Source: Mobula hypostoma (taxonomy: Eukaryota). From it: a DNA stretch of 64,000 nucleotides. The notes under the pieces are model-generated. The model saw only the letters and a program-made list of their open reading frames with translations. It was not told the DNA's origin and ran no database searches. The translations under genes and the position numbers were made by a program. Of the stretch, positions 37,905-50,400 are shown piece by piece. Numbering within the stretch: position 1 is the stretch's first letter; the number at the start of each line of letters is the position of its first letter. Where the stretch lies: NCBI RefSeq assembly GCF_963921235.1, contig NC_086124.1, forward strand, positions 27,652,001 to 27,716,000, read 5' to 3'.

Positions 37905-38279
37905 TCGGACATACTGTATGTTGTGAAATTTATTGCTTTGCAGCAGCAATAGTGTAATGCATAAAAACATAAATTACAATGATATAAATATATGTAAAAT
38001 ATTAAATTAAGTAAGTAGTGCAAAAACTACTGAGGTGGCATTCATGGGCTGGTTCATTGTCCATTCCGGAATCTGATGACGGAGAGGAGGAAGCTGTTCC
38101 TACAATGTTGAGTGTGAGCCTTCATGCTCCTGTACCTCCTCCCTGATGGTAACGATAAGAGGAGGGTGTGTTTTGAGTGATGGGTGTAAGTAATAATGGA
38201 TGCTGCCTTTTTGAGGCATTGCCTTTGTAAGACCCGAATCAGAATCAGGTTTATTATCACCGGCATATGTCGTGAAATT

Positions 38280-38900
38280 TGTTAACTTAGCAGCAGCAGT
38301 TCAATGCAATACATGATAATATAGACAAAAAACGACTAAGTCAATTACAGTAAGTAACACTAAATAGTTAAATTAAAAATAGTCCAAAACAGAAATAATA
38401 AAAGTGAGGTAGTGTTCATGGGTCAATGTCCATTTAGGAATGGGATGGCAGAGGGGAAGAAGCTGTTCCTGAATCGCTGAGTGTGTGCCTTCAGGCTCCT
38501 GTACCTCCTCCCTGATGGTAGCAATGAGAAGAGGGCATGTTCTGGGTGGTGGGGTCTTTAATGATGGGTGCCACCTTTCTGAGGCACCACTCCTTGAAGA
38601 CGTCTTGGATACTACGGAGGCTAGTACCCATGATGGAGCTGATTAATTTTACAACTTCCTGGAGCTTCTTTCGATCCTGTGCAGTAGCCCCCCTCCCTCC
38701 ATACCAGACGGTGATGTAGCCTGTCAGAATGCTCTCCATGGTACATCTGTGCAAGTTTTTGAGTGACTTAGGTGACAAACGAAATCTCTTCAAACTTCTG
38801 ATGAAATATAGCCCCTGACTTGACTTCTTATTAGCTGCATCAATATGTTGGGACCAGGTTAGATCCTCAGAGATAGTGTCACCCAGGAACTTGAAATTTA
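38280..38900 (-). mobile_element. Rex1/Babar-like LINE 3' fragment
   Basis: FKFLGDTISEDLTWSQH..LYFIRSLKRF..CTMESILTGYITVWYG..QDRKKLQ. Confidence 0.8.
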
Positions 38901-38912
38901 TATATATATATA

Positions 38913-39220
38913 TAGGCATCCCTTAGTCTTGCGAGACCATGGATCTGCGCCTGGAAAGTCTTCACTCTCCAGGGCGCAGGCCTGGGCAAGGTTGTATGGA
39001 AGACCAGCAGTTGCCCATGCTGCAAGTCTCCCCTCTCCATGACACCGATGTTGTCCAAGGGAAGGGCATTAGGACCCATACAGCTTGGCACCAGTGTCGT
39101 TGCAGAGCAATGTGTGATTAAGTGCCTTGCTCAAGGACACAACATGCTGCCTCGACTGGGGCTCGAACTCACGACCTTCAGGTCGCTAGTCCGATGCCTT
39201 AACCACTTGGCCACGTGCCC
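38913..39220 (-). mobile_element. tRNA-derived SINE with (TA)n tail
   Basis: Head GGGCACGTGGCCAAGTGGTTAAGGC..GAGTTCGAGCCCC contains A- and B-box-like motifs; inserted at the edge of a Rex1 fragment. Confidence 0.75.
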
Positions 39221-39821
39221 ACTTGAAATTAATAGTTTAATTATATTAGTGAAAAAATAGAAATAAAAAAAATTCAAGTTGAGTTGTCATTCAACCATAC
39301 ATGAATCCATGAATACAGCCAAACAAAACAGCTTCTTCCCCTCTGCCATCCAATTTCTGAACAGACATTGAATCCATGAACTTTTTTTATTTGTATTTAT
39401 TCACTAATATAATTAAACTGTTATATATTTACTGTAATTGACATTTTTTCTATTATTATGTATTGCGCTATACTGTTGCCGCAAAGACAAGAAACCTCAC
39501 AACACATCCTGGAGATATTAAACCTGATTCTGACTCTGATTCATTCTGATTCCCTGACCATGTGGGTTTCCTCCGGGTGCTCCGGTTTCCTCCCACATTC
39601 CTAAGATGTACGATTAGGGTTAATGAGTTGTGGGCATGCAATAGGACCAAAAAACACATGAGCAGAATTAGGCCATTCAGCCCATAGAGTCTGCTTCGCC
39701 TTTCCATCATGCCTTCTCGCCATATCCTTTGATGCCCTGAACAATCAGGAAACTATCAACTTCGGCTTTAAATACACCCCCGGACTTGGCCTTCACGCAG
39801 TCTGTGGCAGAGCATTCCACG

Positions 39822-39874
39822 GAATATTACTGCATAATACAAGATGTCCGTTCTTGTTTTATGCAGTAATATTC
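39822..39874. repeat. Hairpin, 23-bp stem (1 mismatch) with 7-nt loop
   Basis: gaatattactgcataatacaaga-tgtccgt-tcttgttttatgcagtaatattc. Confidence 0.85.
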
Positions 39875-40037
39875 ACTGAAATGTGCCTTTGTATCGATAC
39901 GAATCAGCGAAGGTTGTGTTGGGGCAGCCCACAAGTCGCCACCCTCTGGCTACGTCGGCCTTTGAAGTGTGGTGACTTGTGGGCTGCCCCTACACAACCT
40001 TCGCTGATTTGTATTGATACAAAGACACATTTCAGTG
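39874..40037. repeat. Foldback, 69-bp arms with 26-nt spacer
   Basis: 39874-39942 is the reverse complement of 39969-40037 with about 5 mismatches. Confidence 0.9.
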
Positions 40038-40423
40038 TATGTTTCGATATTTCGATGTATATATGACGAGTGAAACTAATTTTCTATCAATCTTTTTGTA
40101 CTAGGAACTATTATCACAACAGGGTAGACACTGTCCTTAAGCCTGGTATCTTCTCCCCAGTGGGAGAGGGGAGAAGAGAGAATGTCCGGTGTGGGTGGGG
40201 TCTTTGATTATACTGGCTTCTCTACTGAGGCAGTGGGAAGCGTAGGCAGAGTCCGCGGAGGGGAGGCCTGTCTCCGTGATGTGCTGAGCTGTGTCCGTGA
40301 CTCTTTGCACTTCTCTGTGGTCACGGACAGAGCGGTGTTAAACTGAGCCGTGACACACCCGGATAGGATGCTTTCAGTGGCGCGAGGACAGGGACGGTTG
40401 TGGCACAGGTGGCAGACGGTGGT

Positions 40424-40539
40424 TTAAAGCACACTGGTACCTGAGCTGGCACTGGAACTGGAGACGCCAGAGTCACTGGACCGCACGCTCGCACTGCACG
40501 TGTTCAACCGGCACAGCCCGGCCTGGTTATTGACCTTTG
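40424..40539 (-). CDS. WB: MHC W-category beta chain, cytoplasmic (probably terminal) exon: AKVNNQAGLCRLNTCSASVRSSDSGVSSSSASSGTSVL*
   Basis: Strong acceptor tctctctctctgtctctgcag; phase 1 matches the TM exon; Ser-rich tail; TAA at 40424-40426. A weak GTACCA donor at 40440 could extend the gene. Confidence 0.7.
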
Positions 40540-40779
40540 CTGCAGAGACAGAGAGAGAGAGAACGGACATCTTGTATTATGCAGTAATATTCAGCATACT
40601 ATCCACAAGCTCCAAACTTCAGTCAAAACTTTAAGACATACCTGATATAAGCAACTATGAGTACCCTCACTTAAGAGAGAATAAACTGTATCAACTTACA
40701 TTTCAGAAACTAATTTACTTTCCCTGTTTCAGCTCCCCCCCACCCCCATGTTCCCATTTTCCATTCATACGGCCATCAT

Positions 40780-41200
40780 ACATAGGAGCAGAATTAAGCC
40801 ATTTGGCCCATCGAATCTGCTCCACCATTCCATCATGGCTGATTCAATATCCCTCCCAACCCTTCTCCCCTAACTTTGTCACCCTTACTAATCAAGGACC
40901 TATCAACCCCTGCTTTAAATATACCCTCCACAGCCCTCTGTTAGAATGAGCTCCACAGATTCATTGCCCTCTGGCTAAAGAAATTCCTCCTCATCTCTGT
41001 CCTAAAGGGGTGACCTTCTGTTCTGAAGCTGTGCCCTCTGGTCTGGGACTCCCCTGCTGTAGGAAACATCCTCTCCACATCCACTCTATCTGGGCCTTTC
41101 AATGTTTGATAGGTTTCAATGAGATCTGACCCCCTCCATTCTTCTAATTTCCATTTAGTGCAGCCATAAACCACTCCTCATACATTAACCCTTTCATTCC
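40780..41200 (-). mobile_element. CR1 3' fragment
   Basis: DLIETYQTLKGPDRVDVERMFP..QTRGHSFR. Confidence 0.8.
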
Positions 41201-42009
41201 CAGCAATATTTACCCACCTCCCTATCACGTTCCAGCTTCTGCAGGTTTCTCCTACCTGCTCCTAGCTCCAACTGCCCATCAGACACTCCTCGTCTGGATC
41301 CACCCATCACCTCACAGCCTCTGTTACTGTTCTCTCTCTCCCCTCCACCATCCGCCCATTCTCCCTCCTTCCTTGAATCCACCCATCGCCCCACTTTTCT
41401 TCCACCTCTTTATACTGGTTATCTCCCATATAAAGAGTGCCAATGAAGTGTCTCGACTCTGAAGCATTGACTGCCCATTCCCCTCCCCCACCCACAGATG
41501 CTGTCTGACCCAGTGAGTTCCTCCAGCATCGAGCACTGTAACAGATTCCAGTGTCTCTGGTCTTTTAGAGTCTGAACTTTCTCACCTGTTGGTTGAATGT
41601 CTAGCCTTTTGACCCCTGTGTGAGAAACAGAGAGGTTACAATATCTGACATTAGCTCTGAAACAGTACAGGTCCTTTGGCCCATGATGTTTTATTCGAAT
41701 ATCACAGCAGAGTACAGGCCCCTCAGCCCACAATGTTCTGCTAACCTTTTAACCCATTCCATGATTGATCTAACCCTTCCCTCCCACAGAACCTGCATTT
41801 TTCTATCATTCATCTGCTTATCCGTATCTGTATCTGCCTCTACCATTATACTTTACTCTTTATTGTCGCCAAACAATTGATACTAGAACGTACAATCTTC
41901 ACAGCGATATTTGATTCTGCGCTTCCCGCTCCCTGGATTACAAATATTAAATATTAAAAATAAAAATTAGTAGATATTAAAAATTTAAATTATAAGTCAT
42001 AAATAGAAA

Positions 42010-42560
42010 ATAGAAAACTGGAAAGTAAGGTAGTGCAAAAAAACTGAGAGGCAGGTCCGGATATTTGGAGGGTACGGCCCAGATCCGGGTCAGGATCCAT
42101 TCAGCAGTCTTATCACAGTTGGAAAGAAGCTGTTCCCAAATCTGGCCGTACGAGTCTTCAACTCCCGAGCCTTCTCCCAGAGGGAAGAGGAACGAAAAGT
42201 GTGTTGGCTGGGTGGGTGGTGTCCTTGATTATCCCGGCAGCACTGCTCCAACAGCGTGCGGTGTAAAGTGAGTCCAAGGACGGAAGATTGGTTTGTGTGA
42301 TGTGCTGCGCCGTGTTCACGATCTTCTGCAGCTTCTTTCGGTCTTGGACAGGACAACTTCCATACCAGGTTGTGATGCACCCTAGAAGAAAGCTTTCTAC
42401 AGTGCATCTATAAAACTTAGTGAGGGTTTTAGGGGACAAGCCAAATTTCTTTAGTTTTCTCAGGAAGTAAAGGCACTGGTGGGCCTTCTTGGCAGTGAAC
42501 CCTGCTTGGTTGGACCAAGTTAAGTCATTTGTGATATTGACCCCGAGGAACTTAAGGATT
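42010..42560 (-). mobile_element. Rex1/Babar-like LINE 3' fragment
   Basis: KFLGVNITNDLTWSNQ..LYFLRKLKKFGLSPKTLTKFYRCTVES..QDRKKLQKIVNTAQ. Confidence 0.85.
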
Positions 42561-43139
42561 TTGACCTTACATGTACTGACCGCTCTTCTGTGTGTAAAAA
42601 CCTGCTTATACCATCCTCCAATCACCTTAAAATCACGCCCTCTCCTAATTAACCATTTCTGTCCTGGGAGAAAGTCTCTGGCTGTCCACTTGTGCCTCTT
42701 GCTCACCTCTGTCAGGTCACGTCTCATCCTCCCTCGCTCCAGAGAGAAAAGTCCCAGCTCGCTCAGCCTATCCCCGTGAGAAGTGCTCTGTAATCCCGTC
42801 AGCATCCTGGTAAATCTCCTCTACACCCTCTCTCTAAAGCTTCCACATCCTTCCTATAATGAGGTGACCAGAGCTGAACACAACACTCAACGTGTGATCT
42901 AACCAGGGTTTTATAGAGTTTACAGAAGCAACCATAGAATAGTTGGCATAACGTAATCCTATCTGCCTCTACGTGGCCCATATCCCTCCAGTCCCAGCTT
43001 GTTCATGCACCAAATACTATTTAAACACTATAGTGTCTGCTTCTACCACCTCCCCTCAAGGCACCCACAGCCCTGAGTGCAAAGAAAAAATATATTACAT
43101 GAGAACGTAGAAGAAGAACGAGGCCATTCAGCCCATCGA

Positions 43140-43550
43140 GTCGGCCTTTTCTCCTTGAAGCGACGGAGGATGGGAGCTGACCTGATAGAGGTGTATAAGA
43201 TGATGAGAGGCATTGATTGTGTGGGTAGCCAGAGGCTTTTTCCCAGGGCCGAAATGGCTAACACAAGGGGGCAGAGTTTTAAGGTGCTTGGAGGTAGGTA
43301 CAGAGGGGATGTCTGGGGTATATTTTCACACAGAGAGTGGTGGGTGTGTGGAATGCACTGCTGGTGGTGGTGGTGGAAGTGGATACAATATGGTCTTTTA
43401 AGAGCCTCTTAGATAGGTACATGGAGCTTAGAAAAATAGAGGGCTATGCGCTAGGAAATTCTAAGTGGTTTCTAGAGTAGGTTACATGGTCAGCACAACA
43501 TTGTGGGCCGAAGGGCCTGTAATGTGCTGTAGATTTCTATGTTCTATGAG
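43140..43550 (+). mobile_element. CR1 3' fragment
   Basis: GLFSLKRRRMGADLIEVYKMMRGID..NTRGQSFKV. Confidence 0.75.
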
Positions 43551-44349
43551 TCTGCGGTGACATTCCATCATGGCTGATTCATTACCCCTCTCAACCCCAT
43601 TCCCCTGCCTGATTTTTTACACCTCTACAATGTCAGCCCTCGGTCTCCTGCACTCCGAGTTGTAAGTCCCAGCCTGTCCGACCTCTCCCGGTAACACAGT
43701 CCCTCAAGTCCTGCCAACATTTTTGTAGATGTTTTATGCACTCGTTCCAATTAAATCACCTCTTTCCAATAGCAGGGTGCCCAAAACTGAGCATGATAAC
43801 TCCAGGGTTAAGATGGTGCTGGTGAATGTCAGCGACTTCTGGCCGGTGGCTGATGAGACAAGGGAAACAACTAAACACTTGCGTTAATCGCTCTTTTCCT
43901 GGTAAAAGCGATCATCACAAACAATAGGCCTGCAGCTTCCCTTTGGACTTGGAGGCAATTCAGCGTGGCAAAAGCGAGACAAGCTGAGGAGGGTCTATCG
44001 ATGTAAGCTCTGGGCCGAATGGGAAAGGTCGGGCACAGGCCAAATGGAGGCAGCGGGTTCCGGGCCCCAGACCGTATCGATGTGACCGAAGATGATATTT
44101 GGACGATGACTTAGGCGCTGAGCCAGACTGAAAAGATTTGCATGTCAGGGCCGGTTTGGTTCAATAGACAAACTCCTGGTGGGCTTCATAGAACACAGAG
44201 CAGAGAAAGCCTACAGCACAATACAGGCCCTTCAGCCCACAAAGCTCTGCTGAACATGTCCTTACCTTAGAAATTACCTAGGGTTACCCATAGCCCTCTA
44301 TTTCTCTGAGCGCCATGTACCTGTCCAGGAGTCTCTTAAAAAGCAGATG

Positions 44350-45540
44350 AGTTTAGAGTGTGCATCAGCACTTGGAGCTATGATGTTGTGGCCATTACAG
44401 AGACTTCGATGGTTCAGGGACAGGAATGGCTACTTCAAGTGCCAAGCTTTAGATGTTTCAGAAAGGATAGGGAGGGAGGCAAAAGAAGTAAGGGGCGTGA
44501 CATTGTTGATCACGGACAGTGTCACAGCTACAGAAAAGTAGGAAGTCATGGAGGGGTTGTCTACGGAGTCTCTGTGGGTGGAAGTTAGGAATAGGAAGGG
44601 GTCAATAACTCTACTGGGTGTTTTTTACAGGGACATCAAAGAGCAGATAGGGAGACAGATTCTGCAAAGGTGTAATAATAACAGGGTTGTTTTGGTAGGA
44701 GATTTTAATTTCCCCAATATTGATTGGCATCTCCCTAGAGTGAGGGGTTTAGATGGGGTGGAGTTTGTTAGGTGTGTTCAGGAAAGTTTCTTGACATACT
44801 ATGTAGATAAACCTGCAAGAAGAGAAGCTGTACTTGATCTGGTATTGGGAAATGAAACTGGTCAGGTGTCAGATCTCTCAGTGGGAGAGCATTTTGGAGA
44901 TAGTGATCACAATTCTATCTCCTTTACCATAGCATTGGCAATGGACAGGAACAGACAAGTTAGGAAAGTGTTTAATTGGAGTAAGGGGAAATATGAGGCT
45001 ATCAGGCAGGAATTTGGAAGCAAAAATTAGTAACAGATATTCTCAGGAGAAGAAATGTGGCAAATGTTCAGGGAATATTTGCGTGGAGTTCTGCATAGGT
45101 ACGTTCCAATGAGACAGGGAAAGGATAGTAGGGTACAGGAACTATGGTGTACAAAGGCTGTTATAAATCTAGTCAAGAAGAAGCTTACGAAACGTTTAAA
45201 AAACTAGGTAATGATAGAGATCTAGAAGATTATAAGGCTAGCAGGAAGGAGCTTAAGAATGAAAATAGGAGAGCCAGAAGGGGCCAGGAGAAGACCTTGG
45301 CAGAGAGGATTAAGGAAAACCCCAAGGCATTCTACAAGTATGTGAAGAGCAAGAGGATAAGACGTGAGAGAATAGGACCAATCAAGTGTGACAGTAGAAA
45401 TGTGTGTGTGGAACCAAGGAGATAGCAGAGGTACATAATGAATATGTTGCTTCAGTATTCAATATAGAAAAGGAACTTGGTGATTGTAGGAATGACTTAC
45501 AGTGGACTGAAAAGCTTGAGCATGTAGATATTAAGAAAGA
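44350..45540 (+). mobile_element. CR1 ORF2 endonuclease fragment
   Basis: YDVVAITET, LVGDFNFPNIDW, AVLDLVL, GDSDHNSI are APE-endonuclease motifs. Confidence 0.85.
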
Positions 45541-45639
45541 CGATGTGCTGTACAGTGGATGCAATAAAAGAATTACTTTTTAATCGGGGCGACGATCAAG
45601 ATTTTAAAGGCAGAGATTTGTGGCGGATTCTCTGAGTTG

Positions 45640-48600
45640 AGGAGTGACCAATCAGCAAGAGGGATTCATTAGAAAGGGCCAATAGGAATAATTGAAGTGC
45701 AAGTGGAGCGGCCATTGTTTGGAGTGTGCCAGTCTTTAGAGTGGCTAAGAGATCAGGCATGGGTGAGGTAAAATTGTCTTGTAAGTTACTCTCCCTCTGT
45801 TCTTGTTTGTTCATTCCTCATCTGTTAGTGCATAGTACAGTGAGAATGGCTCCAGGGGCAGTGGTCTGTGCTGTGTGTGGGATGTGGGAAGTCTGGGAGA
45901 CCTCCGGTCTCCTAGATACACACATCTGCACCAGGGAAAATGAGCTGCAGCTCCTGAGAGATCATGTTAAGGAACTGGAGCTGCAGCTCGATAACCTTCG
46001 ACTCATATGGGAGAACAAGGAGGTTGTAGACAGGAGCCACAGGGAGGTAGTCACCCCGAGACTGCATGAGACGGGTAACTGGGTGACTGTCAGGAGAAAG
46101 AAGGGAAATTCACAGCCAGTGCAGAGTACACCTGTGGCCATTCTCCGCAATAATAATATATAATTTTAGATACTGTTGAGGGGGATGACCTTACGGGGAA
46201 GCCACAGTGACTGGGTCTCTGGCTCGGAGTCTGGTGTTGTGGCTCAGTAGAGTAGAAAGGTGAAGAGGACGACAGTGGTGATAGGAGATTCCTTAGTCAG
46301 AGGAACAGAGACAAGGTTCTGTGGCCATGATAGACACCCAGATGGTACGTTGCCTTCCCGGTGCCAGGAATAACTCGGATCGGGTCCATGCCACTCTCAA
46401 GGGTGAGGGTGAGCAGCCTGAAGTCCTGGTACATATTGGCACCAATGACCCCGGTCCAGCAGGTGAGGAGGTCCTGAAGAGAGATTTTAGGGAGTTATAT
46501 AGAAAGCTAAAAAACATGACCTCTGGATTGCTGTCTGTGCCACGCACCAGTGGGGGATCAGCTACTCTGGATTGGTTGTTGTGCAATGAACTGGAATTGA
46601 TTAGAGAGCTTAAGGTAAAGGAACCCTGAGGGGAAAGTGATCTTAATATGACTGAACTCACCCTGAAATTTGAGAGGGAGAAGCTAGGATGACATAACCA
46701 TGGCTAACAAGGGCAGTCAGAGCCAACATAAAAGCCAAAGAGAGGGCATATAATGGAGCAAAACTTAGAGGTTTGGGAAGCATTTTAAAACCAACAGAAG
46801 GCAACTAAAAAATCATTAAGGTAAAGATAGAATACAACATTAAGCTAGCCAATAATATTAAAGAAGATACCAAAGTTTCTTCAGATACATAAAGTGTAAA
46901 AAAGAGGTGAGTAGATATTGGACTGCTGGAAAACAATGCTGGAGGGGTAGTAATGGGGGACGAAGAAATAACAGGTGAACTGAATAGGTATTTTCCCTCA
47001 GTCTTCACTGTGAAGACACTAGCAGAATGGTGTAAGTTCCTGGTGTCAGGGGTCATGAAGCAACGTGAAGTTACCATTACTAGAGAGAAGGTTCTTGGGA
47101 AACTGAAAGATCTGAAGATAGATAAGTCACCTGGACCAGATGGTGTACACCCCAGGGTTCTGAAAGAGGTAGTTGAAGAGATTGTGGAGGCATGAGTAAT
47201 GGTCTTTCAAGAATCACTAGATTCTAGAACGGTTCTGGAAGACTGAAAAATTGCAAATGTCTCTCCAGTCTTCAACGGGGAGAGAGCAGAAGAAAGAAAA
47301 TTGTCGGACAGTAAGCCTGACTCAATAGTTGGGAAACGTGGGAGTCGATTGTTAAGGACGTGGTTTCAGGGTAATTGGAGGCACATGATACAACAGGCCA
47401 TAGTCAGCATGGTTTCCTCAGGGGAAAATCTTGCCTGACAAATCTGTTGGAATTCTTTGAAGAAGTAACAAGCAGGATAGACAAAGGAGAATCTGTTGAT
47501 GTTGTGTACTTGGGTTTTCAGAAGGCCTTTGACAAGGTGCCACACGTGAGGCTGCTTGGTAAGCTACGAGCTCATGGTATTACAGGAAAGATTCTCGCAT
47601 GGATAAAGCAGTGGCTGATTGGCAGGAGGCAAAGACTGGGAATAAAGGGAGGCTTTTCTGGTTGGCTGCCGGTGACGACTGGTGTTCCACGGGGTCTGTG
47701 TTGGGACCGATTCTTCTTACATTATATATTAATGGTTTGGATGATGGATTTGATAGCTTTGTCGCAAAATTGCAGACGATTCACAGATAGGTGGAGTGGC
47801 AGATAGTTTTGCAGAAATAGAGAGGCTACAGAAGTACTTAGACAGATTAGGAGAATGGACAAAGAAGTGGCAGGTGGAATACAGTGTCGGGAAGTGTTTG
47901 GTCATATACTTTGGTAGGAGAAGTGAAAGGGTTGACTCTTTTCTAAACAGAGAGAAAATACAAAAATCTGAGGCACAAGGGGACTTGGGAGTCCTTGTGC
48001 AGGATTCTCTGAAGCTCAATTTGCAGGTTGAGTCTGTGGTGAGGAAGGCAACTGCAATATTAGAATTAATTTCAGGAGGACTAGAATATAAAAGCAAGGA
48101 TGTAATATTGAGACTTTATAAGACACTGGCAAGGCTTCACTTTCAGTATTGCGAGCAGCTTGGTACCCGTTATCTTAGAAAGGATGTGCTGAAATTGGAG
48201 AAGGTTCAAAGGGGGTTCACGAAAATGATTCCAGAAATAAACATCTTATCATATGGAGAGTGTGTGATGGTATTCGGCCTGTATTCACTGAAATTCAGCA
48301 TAATGAGGGGTGACATCATTGAAACTTATCAAATGGTGAAAGGCTTTGATAGAGTGGATGTGGAGAGAATGAGTCCTATGGTGGGAGAGTCTAAGAGCAG
48401 AGGGCATAACCTCAGAATAGAGGGGCATCCTTTTAGGACATTGATGAGGAGGAATTTCTTTAGCCAGTGGGTGGTGAATTGGTAAAATTTGTTGCCACAG
48501 GCAGCTGTGGAGGCCAAGTCTTTATGTATATTTAAGGCAAAGGTTGAAAGTTTCTTGATTGGTCAGGGCATGAAGGGATACGGGGAGAAGGCAGGAGATT

Positions 48601-48680
48601 GAGACTGAGAGGGAAAATGGATCAGCCATGAGGAAATGGCAGGGCAGACTCAACGGGTCAAATGGCCTAATTGTTTTAGT
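45640..48680 (+). mobile_element. Degenerate CR1 retaining ORF1 (zinc finger/zipper plus SGNH esterase) and RT, with most of the endonuclease deleted
   Basis: ORF1 VCAVCGMWE..ELQLLRDHVKELELQLD and CLPGAR..VLVHIGTND; ORF2 KSPGPDGVHPRVLKE, QHGFLRGKSCLTNLLEFFE, FQKAFDKVPH; many stops and frameshifts. Confidence 0.85.
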
Positions 48681-49169
48681 GGTTTTATGGCCAACGAATC
48701 GCAGAAGCGTTGCTGAATTCGAACTGTACCATCGGCTTCAGAGGACGATGGAGACAGGCATTTATCAATGGTCTATGCCCAAGTGAGTATGTAAGGTGAG
48801 TGAGTAAGTGTGTCCAAGGTGACAGGGAGAAAGTAGGAAAATGGGGTTGATGGGGGCATTAAATCAACCATGATGGGGTGATGGAGCAGGCTCGATGGGC
48901 TGAATGGCCTAAACCTGCTCCTTGGTCTTATTCTCACTGAGCAAAAACAGCCTCGTCCCTTCCTTCAGATTTTGGAACCCAACCTTGTTATTCTATTTTT
49001 TGTGCTACTTAGTTATTTTGGACATTTATAGTAATTTTTTTTATGTCTTTACCCCGACCTTCACGTCACAGAGGTCAGTGATGATAAATCTGATTCTGAG
49101 AATAGTGCAGAGACGGTTTCCCAGCTTAATCCACATTGATGAAGCTCTGTAAGCCTCTCAGCCACTTAC

Positions 49170-49283
49170 CCTTTGACGTGCAGCAGTACAAGATTCCAGT
49201 CACCACCATTGCGCACAGCCCGAGTATCCCCAGGACAGCTCCAACAATGATCAAAGCTTCATTCTCAACCAGTGCGTTGTGTT
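49170..49283 (-). CDS. WB: MHC W-category beta chain, connecting peptide/TM exon: EHNALVENEALIIVGAVLGILGLCAMVVTGILYCCTSK
   Basis: Acceptor ttttctcctcag, donor GTAAGT, 114 nt, phase 1-1; hydrophobic Gly-patterned helix resembling class II TM segments. Confidence 0.85.
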
Positions 49284-49629
49284 CTGAGGAGAAAACGTTG
49301 GAGGTTCTGTCGTTGTGTTAAGTCATGTTTCATATCATATCATTAAGTTCAAAGTTAGTTTATTATCAGAGTACATACGCATATGTCACCCTATGCAACC
49401 CTGAGGTTCATTTTCCTGTGGGCATACTCAGCAAATCTATGGAGTAGTAACTAGAACGGGATCAATGAACGATCACCTTGACTACAGAAGACAACAAACT
49501 GTGCCACTGTGCTGTGTAATAAATAAATAGCATCAAATAACCAGAAACTGAGATAAAGAGTCCTTAAAGAGAGATCATTGGTTGTAGGAGCATCTTAATG
49601 GATGGACAAGTGAGTGTAGTCAAGAGCCT

Positions 49630-50400
49630 CACACATCAAAGTTGCTGGTGAACGCAGCAGGCCAGGCAGCATCTCTAGGAAGAGGCGCAGTCGACGTTTC
49701 AGGCCGAGACCCTTCGTCAGGACTAACTGAAGGAAGAGTGAGTCGGGGATTTGAAAGCTGGAGGGGGAGGGGGAGATCCAAAATGATAGGAGAAGACAGG
49801 AGGGGGAGGGATAGAGCCGAGAGCTGGACAGGTGATAGGCAAAAGGGGATACGAGAGGATCATGGGACAGGAGGTCCGGGAAGAAAGACAAGGGGGAGGG
49901 GACCCAGAGGATGGGCAAGAGGTATATTCAGAGGGACAGAGGGAGAAAAAGGAGAGTGAGAGAAAGAATGTGTGCATAAAAATGAGTAACAGATGGGCTA
50001 CGAGGGGGAGGTGGGGCCTTAGTGGAAGTTAGAGAAGTCGATGTTCATGCCATCAGGTTGGAGGCTACCCAGACGGAATATAAGGTGTTGTTCCTCCAAC
50101 CTGAGTGTGGCTTCATCTTTACAGTAGAGGAGGCCGTGGATGGACATGTCAGAATGGGAATGGGATGTGGAATTAAAATGTGTGGCCACTGGGAGATCCT
50201 GCTTTCTCTGGCGGACAGAGCGTAGATGTTCAGCAAAGCAGTCTCCCAGTCTGCGTCGGGTCTCGCCAATATATAAAAGGCCACATCGGGAGCACCGGAC
50301 ACAGTATATCACCCCAGTCGACTCACAGGTGAAGTGTTGCCTCACCTGGAAGGACTGTTTGGGGCCCTGAATGATGGTAAGGGAGGAAGTGTAAGGGCAT
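49630..50400 (-). mobile_element. Penelope-like element 3' part with GIY-YIG endonuclease
   Basis: GVIYCVRCSRCGLLYIGETRRRLGDCFAEHLRSV (ORF 50019-50345). Confidence 0.9.

Noticed and set aside
38913-39220. tRNA gene
   Set aside because: The tRNA-like head continues into a repeat body with a (TA)n tail and recurs at 37755-37904, so it is a SINE.
48690-48770. Extra WB cytoplasmic exon
   Set aside because: Poor acceptor (GAAG) and no donor; the TM exon already joins 40539 in phase.
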